64,000 bases of DNA from a bacterium (GTDB lineage: Bacteria; Hinthialibacterota; Hinthialibacteria; Hinthialibacterales; Hinthialibacteraceae): assembly GCA_963662285.2 (NCBI GenBank), contig CAXXMV010000006.1, forward strand, positions 1,440,001-1,504,000, given 5' to 3'. Shown in pieces: positions 36,241 through 46,816 of the stretch. Position 1 is the stretch's first letter. Each line of letters opens with the position of its first letter. The position numbers were made by a program, and so were the translations under genes. The notes beneath the pieces are model-generated. The model worked only from the letters and a program-made list of their open reading frames with translations, had not been told where the DNA came from and made no database searches.

Positions 36241-38790
36241 ATGAGAAAGAATAAAATGTCTTCAAAAATAAACAAAATAACTATTGCCTTAGTCGGGAAT
36301 CCAAACTCAGGCAAAACCACAATTTTCAATAAAATAACTGGCGAGCGCCAGCATGTTGGTAATTATGCAGGCGTTACGGTCGAAAAAAAAGATGGTTATT
36401 GTGAACATAAAGGGGTGAATATCCATGTAGTCGATCTGCCTGGAACATACAGTTTAACGGCATTTTCTCTCGAAGAGTTGGTAGCCCGGAACTTCATTAT
36501 TGATGAAAAGCCGGATGTGATTGTTGATATCCTTGATGCATCAAATATCGAACGGAATCTTTATCTTGCAACTCAATTGATGGAACTCAACGTCCCGCTG
36601 GTTCTGGCGCTTAATATGAGCGATACGGCGAAATTGCGCGGGATAGAGTTTGACCTGAAGCTTTTGTCTGATCTGCTTGGAAGCCCAATCGTTACTACAA
36701 TTGGCCATAAAGGCAAAGGGATCAATGAACTGCTGGATGCAGTGATATCTGTCGCAGAAGACGAGAATAGGGCGCCTGGCATCCAGATGAATTTAGGACG
36801 CGATATTGAGAAGCACATCAATAAGATTCAGGGATTGATTGAACGTGAACAAAAACTGACTGAGAAATGCAGTCCCCGATGGCTGGCCATAAAATTATTG
36901 GAAAATGATAAGGAAATCCACCAGGAAAACTGGCCTGATGATATTATTCAGGCAACCGAAAAAGCAGTCAGGCGTATTGAAGAAGTGCTGGGCGATTCGC
37001 CTGAAATTATTATCGCCGATAAAAGATATGGCATCATCTCCGGCGCCTGTCAGGAAGCTGTCCGCCTGACCGTCGAAGCGCGTCATACTTATTCAGATAA
37101 AATAGATGAAGTTCTCACCAATAGGATACTAGGTTTGCCGATATTCTTCATCATGATGTATATCGTTTTCCAGTTAACCTTCGCTTTTGGTGAAATCCCC
37201 ATGGGGTGGATAGAAAACGGCTTCGCTTTTCTGGGTGACTCGATAAGTTACCTATGGCCTAATGGATCTGATAGCCTTTTGCTTTCATTGCTGGTAGATG
37301 GAATTATCGGCGGGGTTGGCGGCGTTATCGTCTTTGTTCCCAACATATTTCTGCTCTTCATGGCCATAGCCATTTTGGAAGATACCGGTTATATGGCGCG
37401 GGCGGCGTTTAATATGGATCGTTTGATGCATAAAATCGGCCTGCATGGCAAGAGTTTTATACCTATGCTGGTCGGATTCGGCTGTTCGGTTCCGGCGATT
37501 ATGGCAACCCGCACCCTGGAAAACCGCCGCGACCGCTTGATTACTATGATGATTGTTCCATTGATGAGTTGCGGCGCCCGGTTGCCCATATACACTTTGA
37601 TTATTCCCGCTTTTTTCCCACAGGTATGGCAGGCGCCGATTCTCTGGTTGATCTATTTGATTGGAATTATGGTTGCCATTGGTGTGGCTAAACTGCTGCG
37701 TATTGCTGTTTTTAAGGGAGAAAGCAGCGCCTTCGTTATGGAACTGCCGCCCTACCGCATCCCCACTCTTAAAGGCGTCATGGTTCATGTGTGGGAGCGT
37801 ACATGGTTATACCTCCGTAAAGCGGGCACTGTCATTCTGGCCATCTCAATTGTAATGTGGGCTTTATCAACCTTCCCTCAAAAAACGGTTTATGACCATG
37901 ATTATGATGCCATTACAGAACAATCCACCAATGATTATTTATCCGCTATCAGAGGTCTTAATCCACTACTTGATATATCGCCTCAATCTACGGTTCTGGT
38001 AGATGCGCTTCACGCTGAATATAACATGATTGAAGAACAACAGGCGTTTCACCCGTTTGAAACGGGATTTGAAATGGCGGAGCAAAAGAAGAATAAAACC
38101 ATTGATCGACTGGTTCAGTCTGAAGAAGGAAAGAAATTAGCCGTTTTTCTTGAAATGATCGAACAGATATCAGTAGTTAGAAATAATTTTGATGCATCCA
38201 TCGAGCAAAATGAATTGGAAACAGGCACTACGAAATATTTATTGTTTGATCAGGAGAAAGATCATACTTTGGAAGCAATTGAAAAATCCAATCCGGTAAT
38301 ATATCAAGCCGCTGTTAAATACATAGATGATATCAAATCTCCATACGATGAGAAAATGTCTGAGATCAATCAATTAATTCACTCGGAGCAAATGACCTAT
38401 TCTATTGCAGGTCGCATCGGCAAGGGTATAGAACCGGTTTTGAAGCCGCTGGGCTTCGATTGGAAAATAGGAACCGCACTAATAGGGGCTTTCGCCGCCA
38501 AAGAAGTATTCGTGGCTCAATTGGGTATTGTCTATTCGTTGGGAGAGACCGATGCAAAATCTGATGCGTTGCGTCAGAAACTACAGAAAGATTTCACGCC
38601 CTTAGCGGCTTTCTGTATTATGATATTTTGCTTGATCAGTGCGCCATGCATGGCCACCATAGCAACCACCAGGCAGGAAAGTGGTTCCTGGAAATGGGCT
38701 ATGCTGCAGTTAGGTGGATTGACTCTGATAGCCTATATTCTCACCTTGGTTATCTATCAGTCCGGTTTATTATTTGGAATAGGAATCTAA
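36241..38790 (+). CDS. feoB: Ferrous iron transport protein B with large extracytoplasmic insertion
   Basis: GNPNSGKTT, GVTVE, DLPGTYSL, GFGCSVPA, MSCGARLP, FVMELPPY, AKEV, APCMAT. Confidence 0.97.
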   Translation: MRKNKMSSKINKITIALVGNPNSGKTTIFNKITGERQHVGNYAGVTVEKKDGYCEHKGVNIHVVDLPGTYSLTAFSLEELVARNFIIDEKPDVIVDILDASNIERNLYLATQLMELNVPLVLALNMSDTAKLRGIEFDLKLLSDLLGSPIVTTIGHKGKGINELLDAVISVAEDENRAPGIQMNLGRDIEKHINKIQGLIEREQKLTEKCSPRWLAIKLLENDKEIHQENWPDDIIQATEKAVRRIEEVLGDSPEIIIADKRYGIISGACQEAVRLTVEARHTYSDKIDEVLTNRILGLPIFFIMMYIVFQLTFAFGEIPMGWIENGFAFLGDSISYLWPNGSDSLLLSLLVDGIIGGVGGVIVFVPNIFLLFMAIAILEDTGYMARAAFNMDRLMHKIGLHGKSFIPMLVGFGCSVPAIMATRTLENRRDRLITMMIVPLMSCGARLPIYTLIIPAFFPQVWQAPILWLIYLIGIMVAIGVAKLLRIAVFKGESSAFVMELPPYRIPTLKGVMVHVWERTWLYLRKAGTVILAISIVMWALSTFPQKTVYDHDYDAITEQSTNDYLSAIRGLNPLLDISPQSTVLVDALHAEYNMIEEQQAFHPFETGFEMAEQKKNKTIDRLVQSEEGKKLAVFLEMIEQISVVRNNFDASIEQNELETGTTKYLLFDQEKDHTLEAIEKSNPVIYQAAVKYIDDIKSPYDEKMSEINQLIHSEQMTYSIAGRIGKGIEPVLKPLGFDWKIGTALIGAFAAKEVFVAQLGIVYSLGETDAKSDALRQKLQKDFTPLAAFCIMIFCLISAPCMATIATTRQESGSWKWAMLQLGGLTLIAYILTLVIYQSGLLFGIGI

Positions 38791-38803
38791 AAGGAAATCT
38801 ATC

Positions 38804-39001
38804 ATGTTTGAAAACATCATTGTTTTTATTATAATCTGCATCGCAGGATTTTTTGTAAGCCGTTCGTTAAGGAAATCCTTATCCGCCAAAGGTGGAGGAT
38901 GTAATTGCGGACAAGGCGGCGAAGGTTGCAGCGGGCAATCATGCTGCGATTCTTCTCAAGAAACTATTAGTATTAGTAACAATAAAGATCAAAAGAAATA
39001 A
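38804..39001 (+). CDS. FeoB-associated Cys-rich membrane protein
   Basis: N-terminal TM helix then GGCNCG..GCSGQSCC, right after feoB. Confidence 0.85.
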   Translation: MFENIIVFIIICIAGFFVSRSLRKSLSAKGGGCNCGQGGEGCSGQSCCDSSQETISISNNKDQKK

Positions 39002-39042
39002 AGATTGCAATTTGTTTTTCGACTTCACAGGTTTATATCTCT

Positions 39043-40782
39043 ATGCCAAGACTAAGTCGAACCAATAGGATTGAAAGTTTCATATTAGGCCTTTTACTTT
39101 GGTTGGGGATTTTTTGCGTTAACTCTTATGCATTGGAAATTGCTTATAAAATCTCGATGCCTAATCCTGCTGATCACTATTTTATTGTTCAGATAGATAT
39201 CTCAGGTATTGAGACTGATTCACTCGATCTTCAAATGCCCGCCTGGTCTCCCGGACATTATCAGATTTTCGATTTCTCCCGTAACATAAGCCGTTTTTCC
39301 GCCCAAGCGAATGGAAACTCTCTTCCATTCAATAAAACAGATAAACTAACCTGGAATATTCAGATGCTTGGCGCCTCTCAAGCAACCGTTAAATATCGAG
39401 TTTTCAGCGATAACCTGACCGGAGAATTATCTCAACTCAATGATTTTCATGCTTTCCTGATTGGCGCCAGCCTGTATATGTATGTGGTTGATCATCAAGA
39501 CAATCCAGTATCTTTGGATATCGAGCCTTATCCGGGGTGGCATATTTTATCCAGCGCCGGTGAAATCGGTCAGAGGCATTTTGAGTTTCCCCATTACGAC
39601 CGGATGATAGACGAATTGGTTCAAATGGGTGAATTCATTGTGGATCGTTTCACTATTGCCAATACAGAATATCGCGTCTGCATCGCTAACACCGGAAGCG
39701 GGGAAAGACGGTTGGAGTTGGTTGAAACGCTTCGCGTACTTCAACAGTACGCCGTCGAAATGTTAGGCCCCATAGATAATGACATCTATACTTTCTTCTG
39801 GCATTTTTTCCCTGATTCAAATTACAGCGCCGCGATGGAGCATATGAACTGCTGTCAGATGACCCGTAGACATGCCTTGAATGATCAAACGCCAAATATG
39901 GATATGACCATCTGGGTGGCTGCTCATGAGTTAAGCCACACATGGAACGTTAAACGGCTTCGTCCTCAAGGTTTGGGGCCGTTCGATTACACCAAAGAAG
40001 TTTACACGGATCTTTTATGGTTTGCCGAAGGGTGCACCAGTTATCTGGCTGATCTGATCATGGTGCGATCCGGCGTTTGGAACAAAGAAGAATTTTATGA
40101 TCAATTCGCTGATCAAATGACGAATTTCCGTAATTCAACGGGAATTTATGAACGCAGTCCTGAGCAGGCAGGTTTTGATAACTGGCTGATTCCAAATAAT
40201 GATAAGTATAAAACTGATTGGTATAGTAATTGGACCAGTTATTATATATCCGGCGAGTTGCTAGGCATGTGCATTGATCTGGAAATCCGCCGCTTAACCG
40301 GCAATCAGAAGAATTTTGATGATTTCTTTTTGCTCTTATATAACCGCGCTTACCTGCAAGCGGAAGCGGAATCTTATTATGCTCCAGGACGCGGCTATAC
40401 CACCAGCGACCTTCTGCAAGCGCTGCATGATACAACCAATACTTCCTGGGATTTATTTTATTCTGATTATATCGCCTCTTCCGGCGATATTCCTTTCGAG
40501 CAATTTTTGGCTTACGCAGGATTGGAACTGATTGATATTAATAACGAAGTCTCAGCCAACTTTTATCAGTCATCAGCTGATTTTGAAGCATACCCGGATA
40601 TTTATCTTAATCAAAAAAAATTCTTCATAGAAAGCGATACGCTCTCTTCAGTGGATATCCAGAATGAAATTAGGATTTACAAAATTATCGAATCAGATGA
40701 CGCATCGCCGTTAGCTTTAGAAATACGGCAAGATTGGCTCCAACCTCAACATACAACCTCTCTCGAATGGATGCATTACTAG
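39043..40782 (+). CDS. M61-family metallo-aminopeptidase, secreted
   Basis: MPAWSPGHY, AMEH, AAHELSHTWNVKRLRP, LWFAEGCTSY, SYYISG. Confidence 0.92.
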   Translation: MPRLSRTNRIESFILGLLLWLGIFCVNSYALEIAYKISMPNPADHYFIVQIDISGIETDSLDLQMPAWSPGHYQIFDFSRNISRFSAQANGNSLPFNKTDKLTWNIQMLGASQATVKYRVFSDNLTGELSQLNDFHAFLIGASLYMYVVDHQDNPVSLDIEPYPGWHILSSAGEIGQRHFEFPHYDRMIDELVQMGEFIVDRFTIANTEYRVCIANTGSGERRLELVETLRVLQQYAVEMLGPIDNDIYTFFWHFFPDSNYSAAMEHMNCCQMTRRHALNDQTPNMDMTIWVAAHELSHTWNVKRLRPQGLGPFDYTKEVYTDLLWFAEGCTSYLADLIMVRSGVWNKEEFYDQFADQMTNFRNSTGIYERSPEQAGFDNWLIPNNDKYKTDWYSNWTSYYISGELLGMCIDLEIRRLTGNQKNFDDFFLLLYNRAYLQAEAESYYAPGRGYTTSDLLQALHDTTNTSWDLFYSDYIASSGDIPFEQFLAYAGLELIDINNEVSANFYQSSADFEAYPDIYLNQKKFFIESDTLSSVDIQNEIRIYKIIESDDASPLALEIRQDWLQPQHTTSLEWMHY

Positions 40783-40983
40783 CAAAATACCTTAAATACC
40801 ATTAATCTGCTTTTATTCCAATGATTTTACAAAGATAAGCCCAAAAACAATGGTTTAAGACAAATTTCATTTTTAATTGACTATAATATTAGTAGTTGGA
40901 AAACTCAAAAAAACTGACAACATATTCGCATTTCTTCTCGTTAATATTAGTTGAACACTCTTTTATTTGATAATGATATATAT

Positions 40984-43900
40984 ATGAAAAAGTTCTTGTT
41001 TAATACTGTTTTGCAGTTATATTCGTCGATTTCTTATCGAATGGTCTGTCTATTTATTCTCGCATTGTTTTATTCTACACTGGTTTTCGGCGAATCAGTT
41101 TGGGTATCACGGTTATTCAAACCCTTCGATGGGCTTGCTTATCAAGTAGTTCGCGACATGGTTCAGACTCCCGATGGATCGATTTGGTTTGCCACATGGG
41201 GAGGAGGACTTTCCCGTTTCAATGGCTCTAAATGGGAAACAATTAATGAAGAGAAAGATTTATCAGATTATATGATCCGCAGTCTTGCCTGCGATCTTCA
41301 AGGTGGATTATGGGTCGGCAGTATAAAGGGTATTAAATATTATGATGGTCTGCAATGGAAACAGTATTCCACCCAAACTGTACCGGATTTGAAAATGGAC
41401 TCAGTGTTTACTATACTCCCACGAAAAAACGGTGAGATATGGTTCGGGATGGATAACGGGTTTCTCTATTCATATAATTCCCTGGAAACTGCCTCTAAAG
41501 AATGGACTCTTGTTAATAATCCTGAGTTTTTCCAAAACAAAGCCATCCGCTGTTTGATTGAACTGGATGATGGATCGATCTTGGCGGGAGGAAATAGAAT
41601 CTATCAATTCAATGGGCGGGAATGGAATGATCATTCTTTAGGTCAAGATATTCGTTATTTATATAAAATGAAAAATGGTCGAATTATGGCCGCAGGACTT
41701 AAAGCGCTCTTCCAGTTTGATGGAGAGCGATGGGAAATAGTAGAAGATGCAGCTGTTCAACCACGTAGTATTTTTGAAACCCACGATAGTTCCATCATGG
41801 TTGGTACGAAAATGGGTGTGCGTTTGTATCAACACAATGCTTGGAGCGATTTTAAACTATCCAATGACTTCGCTCAACCATATGTGGAAATGATTCGCTC
41901 TTTTGAAGATGGCTCGATATGGATAGGTACAAGAAATGGAGTCTATTTAGTTCAGCGATCAGATTGGGCAATATTCACGCCGCCACCATCAGAATATATT
42001 TTTAAAGCGAAGCGTTTTTTTTCATCTCCACAAATTTCTCCGAGAATAATCACGCAAAAAGGTGAAATCATAAGCCCAATAGAAGATGACTGGATAAACC
42101 TTGGGACTTTTAAGAAAAACAATGATGAAATTATTGAAATCCTGCATTATGATAAGGATCGACTGACGATTCATACGAGAAATGCTTTTATTGAATACAC
42201 TGCCAACGATCTTTCAATCATACGCTCAGTTCCAATACCTGATTCTTTGAATCAATTAAATGGATATCAAACTGTTGATGGAGTATTCTGGTTATATGGT
42301 GCGGAAGGACTATTCTATTGTACTGGATTGGGCTGGAAGCCTTATGAACGGAACAATCATCAGCCAAACGAGAGAGTAAGATTATTCAAGGAAACACGGG
42401 ATGGAACAAGATGGATAGTTTTTCATGATGGTATAGAAGTGATAGGTAAAGAATATCCTTTTTTAGATATATTTAAAACGCCGCGTAATATTGGCCATGC
42501 CGTAACTGATATTTGCGTTGACCGTGATGGTTCCATCTGGTTTGGGACTAGTGGATTGGGTATTTTCGTTTATGACGGTATGGATTTTAAGAATTATAAC
42601 AGTCGCAGAGAACTTCCCAGTGACTGGATATTATGCCTGTATGAAGATTCCGGGGGCGCTATATGGGCGGGGATGGATGATTCTACCGTTGCTTCTTTCC
42701 GGGACCACAGATGGATCACTTTTTCAAAAAAAGAGATCGAATTGGAATCCCGGATAACTAAAATTACTGAAGATTCGAGCGGCGCGGTTTGGTTTGTAGT
42801 AGAACCCGCAGGTTTGGTGCGATACACTCCATCAACCTATGCCCCCGAAACCATGATTGATGTTTTTCCCAAAGATATTGTTCCGCAAGGAATGGGCATT
42901 TTTTCATTTCATGGATGGGATGCGTTGCATATGACGCTTCCAAATGAGTTGGCTTTTTCTTGGCGAATATTAGATCATCAAAGCGGGAATGATATCGTTC
43001 CATGGTCGCCATATGAAAAGAAGAATACGGTCAGTTCTCCTCCCTTGAATCCCGGAGAGTATGTATTCGAAGTGCGGGCGGCCGATAAGGAAAGAAATTT
43101 TGATCCCACTCCCGCATCCGTGCGGTTTTTTGTTGAACCGTATTTTTATATGAAAACCGGTTTCTGGATTCCATTACTTGTTTTAATTATCCTTGTATTG
43201 GTTTCATTACTCATCGTTTACCGGAAACACCGGGCATTACGGGAAAGTGAAAAATGGCTTTCTCATGCTCAGAAAATCGCCCACATTGGTCATTGGATCG
43301 CAGATTTTTCTCAAAACAAACTGTTTGGATCAGATGAGGCTTATAGAATATTAGGAACCGCAAGGGAGAGTGTTAAAGGTTCGTACCAATCCTATCTGCA
43401 TTTCGTTCATCCTGAAGATAGGAAATACGTACAGCAAACTATTCGTACGGCATTAACAGAAAAACAAACGTTCAAATTCGATCACCGTATTATTTTAGCG
43501 GAAGGCTTATTATGTACGGTTCAGATACAATCCAATATCGTGACCAACGATTCCGGCCAACCAATTCGTATGGTGGGCACTATCCAGGATATAACTGATA
43601 AAAGACGCGCTGAAGAAGACGCTCAAAGAATTCAAAAACTCGAAGCGATCAGAGTCTTAGCTGGCGGAATCGCGCATGATTTCAATAACCTTCTGATGGC
43701 GATTCTCGGGAACATTTCATTAGTCAAACGTTCTCTTGATCCCCAGAGTGTTGCTTATAAACGATTGCTCGTATCGGAAAAGGCCAGTCATAAAGCTCAT
43801 GATTTAACCATGAAACTGATATCTTTTGGTGAGGCGAGCAAGCCAATCAAGAAATTGTGTTCTCTGGACACAATAGTGAAACGTTCATCACTCCTCGCGA

Positions 43901-44361
43901 TTAATGAATCCAATACTCGTTTGGAGTTTGACATACAGGATCATCTCGATGCGGTTGAAGTTGATGACCGGCAAATCGACCGGGTAATCAAGAATGTTAT
44001 AGATAATGCCAGTCAATCCATGCCGGACGGGGGGCTTATAAATATTTGTATCAAGAATATTGAAATTCATGATGAATCGATGATTGATTTATCCAAAGGA
44101 CATTACCTTGTAGTCACTATCGAAGATCATGGTTGCGGAATTCCTTCAGAACATCTATCCAAGATATTCGATCCCTATTTTACCACTAGGGATAACGTGA
44201 CTCAGAAAGGTATGGGTTTGGGCTTGGCAATCAGCTTTTCAATAATCAAACAACATAAGGGGCATATCATAGTGGAATCCGAACCGGGCATTGGATCGAA
44301 ATTTCATATCTATCTACCCGCTTATGAAGGACATCATGCCAATTCTGATAATATTGATTAG
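40984..44361 (+). CDS. Membrane sensor histidine kinase (beta-propeller + Y_Y_Y-like + TM + PAS + HisKA + HATPase)
   Basis: DGSIWF repeats; PGEYVFEVRA; LAGGIAHDFNNLL; NVIDNA; DHGCG; IFDPYFTT; GMGLGL; start uncertain (40951/40984/41041). Confidence 0.92.
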   Translation: MKKFLFNTVLQLYSSISYRMVCLFILALFYSTLVFGESVWVSRLFKPFDGLAYQVVRDMVQTPDGSIWFATWGGGLSRFNGSKWETINEEKDLSDYMIRSLACDLQGGLWVGSIKGIKYYDGLQWKQYSTQTVPDLKMDSVFTILPRKNGEIWFGMDNGFLYSYNSLETASKEWTLVNNPEFFQNKAIRCLIELDDGSILAGGNRIYQFNGREWNDHSLGQDIRYLYKMKNGRIMAAGLKALFQFDGERWEIVEDAAVQPRSIFETHDSSIMVGTKMGVRLYQHNAWSDFKLSNDFAQPYVEMIRSFEDGSIWIGTRNGVYLVQRSDWAIFTPPPSEYIFKAKRFFSSPQISPRIITQKGEIISPIEDDWINLGTFKKNNDEIIEILHYDKDRLTIHTRNAFIEYTANDLSIIRSVPIPDSLNQLNGYQTVDGVFWLYGAEGLFYCTGLGWKPYERNNHQPNERVRLFKETRDGTRWIVFHDGIEVIGKEYPFLDIFKTPRNIGHAVTDICVDRDGSIWFGTSGLGIFVYDGMDFKNYNSRRELPSDWILCLYEDSGGAIWAGMDDSTVASFRDHRWITFSKKEIELESRITKITEDSSGAVWFVVEPAGLVRYTPSTYAPETMIDVFPKDIVPQGMGIFSFHGWDALHMTLPNELAFSWRILDHQSGNDIVPWSPYEKKNTVSSPPLNPGEYVFEVRAADKERNFDPTPASVRFFVEPYFYMKTGFWIPLLVLIILVLVSLLIVYRKHRALRESEKWLSHAQKIAHIGHWIADFSQNKLFGSDEAYRILGTARESVKGSYQSYLHFVHPEDRKYVQQTIRTALTEKQTFKFDHRIILAEGLLCTVQIQSNIVTNDSGQPIRMVGTIQDITDKRRAEEDAQRIQKLEAIRVLAGGIAHDFNNLLMAILGNISLVKRSLDPQSVAYKRLLVSEKASHKAHDLTMKLISFGEASKPIKKLCSLDTIVKRSSLLAINESNTRLEFDIQDHLDAVEVDDRQIDRVIKNVIDNASQSMPDGGLINICIKNIEIHDESMIDLSKGHYLVVTIEDHGCGIPSEHLSKIFDPYFTTRDNVTQKGMGLGLAISFSIIKQHKGHIIVESEPGIGSKFHIYLPAYEGHHANSDNID

Positions 44362-44387
44362 AACTAATAATTCTATAATTATTAGCA

Positions 44388-44414
44388 ATCCCCGGCAATA
44401 AATCACCGGGGATT
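44388..44414. terminator. Bidirectional stem-loop between convergent genes
   Basis: AATCCCCGG...CCGGGGATT. Confidence 0.55.
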
Positions 44415-44446
44415 ACTTTATTACGAATAGTTACGAAAAGGTTTGA

Positions 44447-46771
44447 TTAAAATCCTGGAGGACCTCTCATGAATCCTCTTGGTGGTCTGGCGTTTTGATT
44501 AATACCTCCAGTTATTTCACTATTATCGAGATCATTACTTTGATTGGCGTCCCAATTCTTGAACCAATCCGCCCATAATGATTTGAAATCAGATTGAGTT
44601 ATATTGCCGTCATCATCCGCTTTTTCCATAAAAGGCGCCACCAAGAGCATTCCTGGAGAAAAACCTTCTGGAGGACCGAATGGCATGTCTTCTGGAGCGT
44701 GAAAGATTTGCCCTAAACCATCTGAAATCTCTTTTTCATTTAGAATTTTGCTATTGTCCTTATCCCATTCAGTAGACCATTGAACAACCTTGTTATCCCA
44801 TTCGGATTGAGGAATTTTGCCATCTTTATCAATATCAAGTACATCAAGGAGTTGTGGGCCTAAAAACATACCCGGACCAAAACCGCCGGGACCGCCGGGA
44901 CCGCCGGGGCCGCCGGGGCCGCCAGGACCGCCTCTACCACCAGGGCCGCCTCGCGTGAGTTTGACTCCTTCAGATTCTCCATCCAACTGTTGTTGGATGG
45001 ATAGACGACGTCCTTCGATCCAGGAAACAATAGAAAAACTTGAGCGTATTCCCCCTGGTCCTCTTCCTCCGGGGCCTCTTCCAAAATCTGGTCTTCCTTC
45101 TCTACGGACTTCTCTGTTCTGATCTGCCCCTGGTCTATTTCCGGGAGAAAATGGATTATCTATCTCTCGCGTTATATCAATGGGTTCATCAGAGATTGCT
45201 TTAACGTATTGATCGAATTGCGAGTTCGGTTCTTCTTTTACTGTATCTTGAATGACCTTATTTATGGCGTCAATTTTGTCTCTGATGCGTTCCGGTTGGA
45301 AAATTGTTTTATTGAACTCGCGGATATATCCCAAATATTTTTCTTTCCACTGAGGTATAGCCAGTATGCGTTCAATAAGAATCTGATTAGTCGCTACAGG
45401 TTGATCTATGTTCGCTTGCATTTGATTAATGTAAGATCCAACCATGGGGAACGTGCCGAATGAATGATTCAAATCCCAAGGTATCCATAGGTATTTTTGA
45501 CTATTGGGATCGCCATAGATGTAAAAATTCTGTCCCATCGAGAGAATTCCATCGTAATTGGAGGTAACCACATATACCGATAGAAAACGCAGGAATTGAT
45601 TTACATCGGTATATTTTTCGATCTGTCCTGTGAATTCTTCATCGCTCGATTCATTGACGAATTTGGTGAAATCCATAAACCGTTTGGCTTCTTTCCAGGT
45701 AACATCATCCGATTTTGGCATGTATTGTCGTACATAATTATCCCAGTTTTCGCCCAGGTATGGAAAATCTTGAAGATGTTGCGCTTTGACTAATAGACCT
45801 TTTTTTTGATCAAAATTACGTTTCAGAAAGTCTGAATCGACTTGTTCAATCATGGTATATAAACCAAGATATTCAGGTTCGTTGCGTCCTTCCACATTCA
45901 AATAAATCTTAGCCAATGCTGTTCTGGGCGCCGCTATCTGGAAATCCCTGAACATTTCATAAGCCAATGTATCGATCATGTGAGATGGAGTCATCATATT
46001 GTTATTCAGATTTAATTTTTTGATGCCAAAAAATTTCTGGTTTTTTGAGAATCTATTAAAATCAACTTTGAATGATTTCTTGGGGCTATTACGCGCCATC
46101 ATAAATGTTGAATGCCCCTTAAACCGTAGACCAACATTCTTGATGGTTTGTCCTTCAAATACAAAATCTGCTTTAACGTATGTAAAATTCGTTCCTCCCA
46201 TACCAGGTCCCGGGCCTCTCATTCCTCCTTCTCGGCGGTTTGGACGTTGATCTTGTGTATCAGGTCGGTCGTTAGAATCTCGTATGTTTTGATCCGGTCG
46301 TGGAGGACGTTGATCTTGCGCATCAGGTCGAACGTTAGTATCGCGCATGTTTTGATCCGGCCGGGGAGGACGTTGATCTTGTGCATCAGGTCGAACGTTA
46401 GTATCTCGCATGTTTTGATCCGGTCGTGGAGGACGTTGATCTTGTGCATCAGGTCGAACGTTAGTATCTCGTATGTTTTGATCCGGTCGTGGAGGACGAT
46501 TATCTCCATCATTCATTGGCGGACGATTGCCCATAGGAGGTCCACCGGGGAATCCACCGGAATTTTCCGGTTCGATTTTTTCCCATTGTTCAGCGGAAAC
46601 CTTTAATTGTATGGTCCATAGTTTCGTCATGCCGAATAATTCATCTGATGATTTATCACCCAGCGATTTTGATTCAGCAATTTCTGGATAATAGACGCAC
46701 GCCAATAGAAGAATTATTAAAGTACAGCAAATTGTGAAATACTTAGATGTCATCTTGTATTTTCCTCTCAA
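44447..46771 (-). CDS. CotH-family secreted kinase with 21-aa tandem repeats, GGP repeats and EF-hand-like C-terminus
   Basis: VGLRFKGHST, KKSFKVDFN, YLGLYTMIEQVD, NFYIY, WIPWDLNHSFG; DIDKDGKI; start 46771 or 46753. Confidence 0.9.
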   Translation of the reverse strand: MRGKYKMTSKYFTICCTLIILLLACVYYPEIAESKSLGDKSSDELFGMTKLWTIQLKVSAEQWEKIEPENSGGFPGGPPMGNRPPMNDGDNRPPRPDQNIRDTNVRPDAQDQRPPRPDQNMRDTNVRPDAQDQRPPRPDQNMRDTNVRPDAQDQRPPRPDQNIRDSNDRPDTQDQRPNRREGGMRGPGPGMGGTNFTYVKADFVFEGQTIKNVGLRFKGHSTFMMARNSPKKSFKVDFNRFSKNQKFFGIKKLNLNNNMMTPSHMIDTLAYEMFRDFQIAAPRTALAKIYLNVEGRNEPEYLGLYTMIEQVDSDFLKRNFDQKKGLLVKAQHLQDFPYLGENWDNYVRQYMPKSDDVTWKEAKRFMDFTKFVNESSDEEFTGQIEKYTDVNQFLRFLSVYVVTSNYDGILSMGQNFYIYGDPNSQKYLWIPWDLNHSFGTFPMVGSYINQMQANIDQPVATNQILIERILAIPQWKEKYLGYIREFNKTIFQPERIRDKIDAINKVIQDTVKEEPNSQFDQYVKAISDEPIDITREIDNPFSPGNRPGADQNREVRREGRPDFGRGPGGRGPGGIRSSFSIVSWIEGRRLSIQQQLDGESEGVKLTRGGPGGRGGPGGPGGPGGPGGPGGFGPGMFLGPQLLDVLDIDKDGKIPQSEWDNKVVQWSTEWDKDNSKILNEKEISDGLGQIFHAPEDMPFGPPEGFSPGMLLVAPFMEKADDDGNITQSDFKSLWADWFKNWDANQSNDLDNSEITGGINQNARPPRGFMRGPPGF
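46242..46498 (-). repeat. 63-bp tandem repeat x4 (RPPRPDQN(M/I)RDTNVRPDAQDQ)
   Basis: Near-identical DNA units inside the cotH-like gene. Confidence 0.95.
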
Positions 46772-46816
46772 TAATTAACTTTTATTTTCAGGATTTTTTT
46801 TACAAATATGTTAATT

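Noticed and set aside
46242-46498. CRISPR-like periodicity and alternative-frame ORFs (46148..46606, 46219..46512)
   Set aside because: Coding tandem repeat of the CotH gene; the other frames are open only because of the repetition
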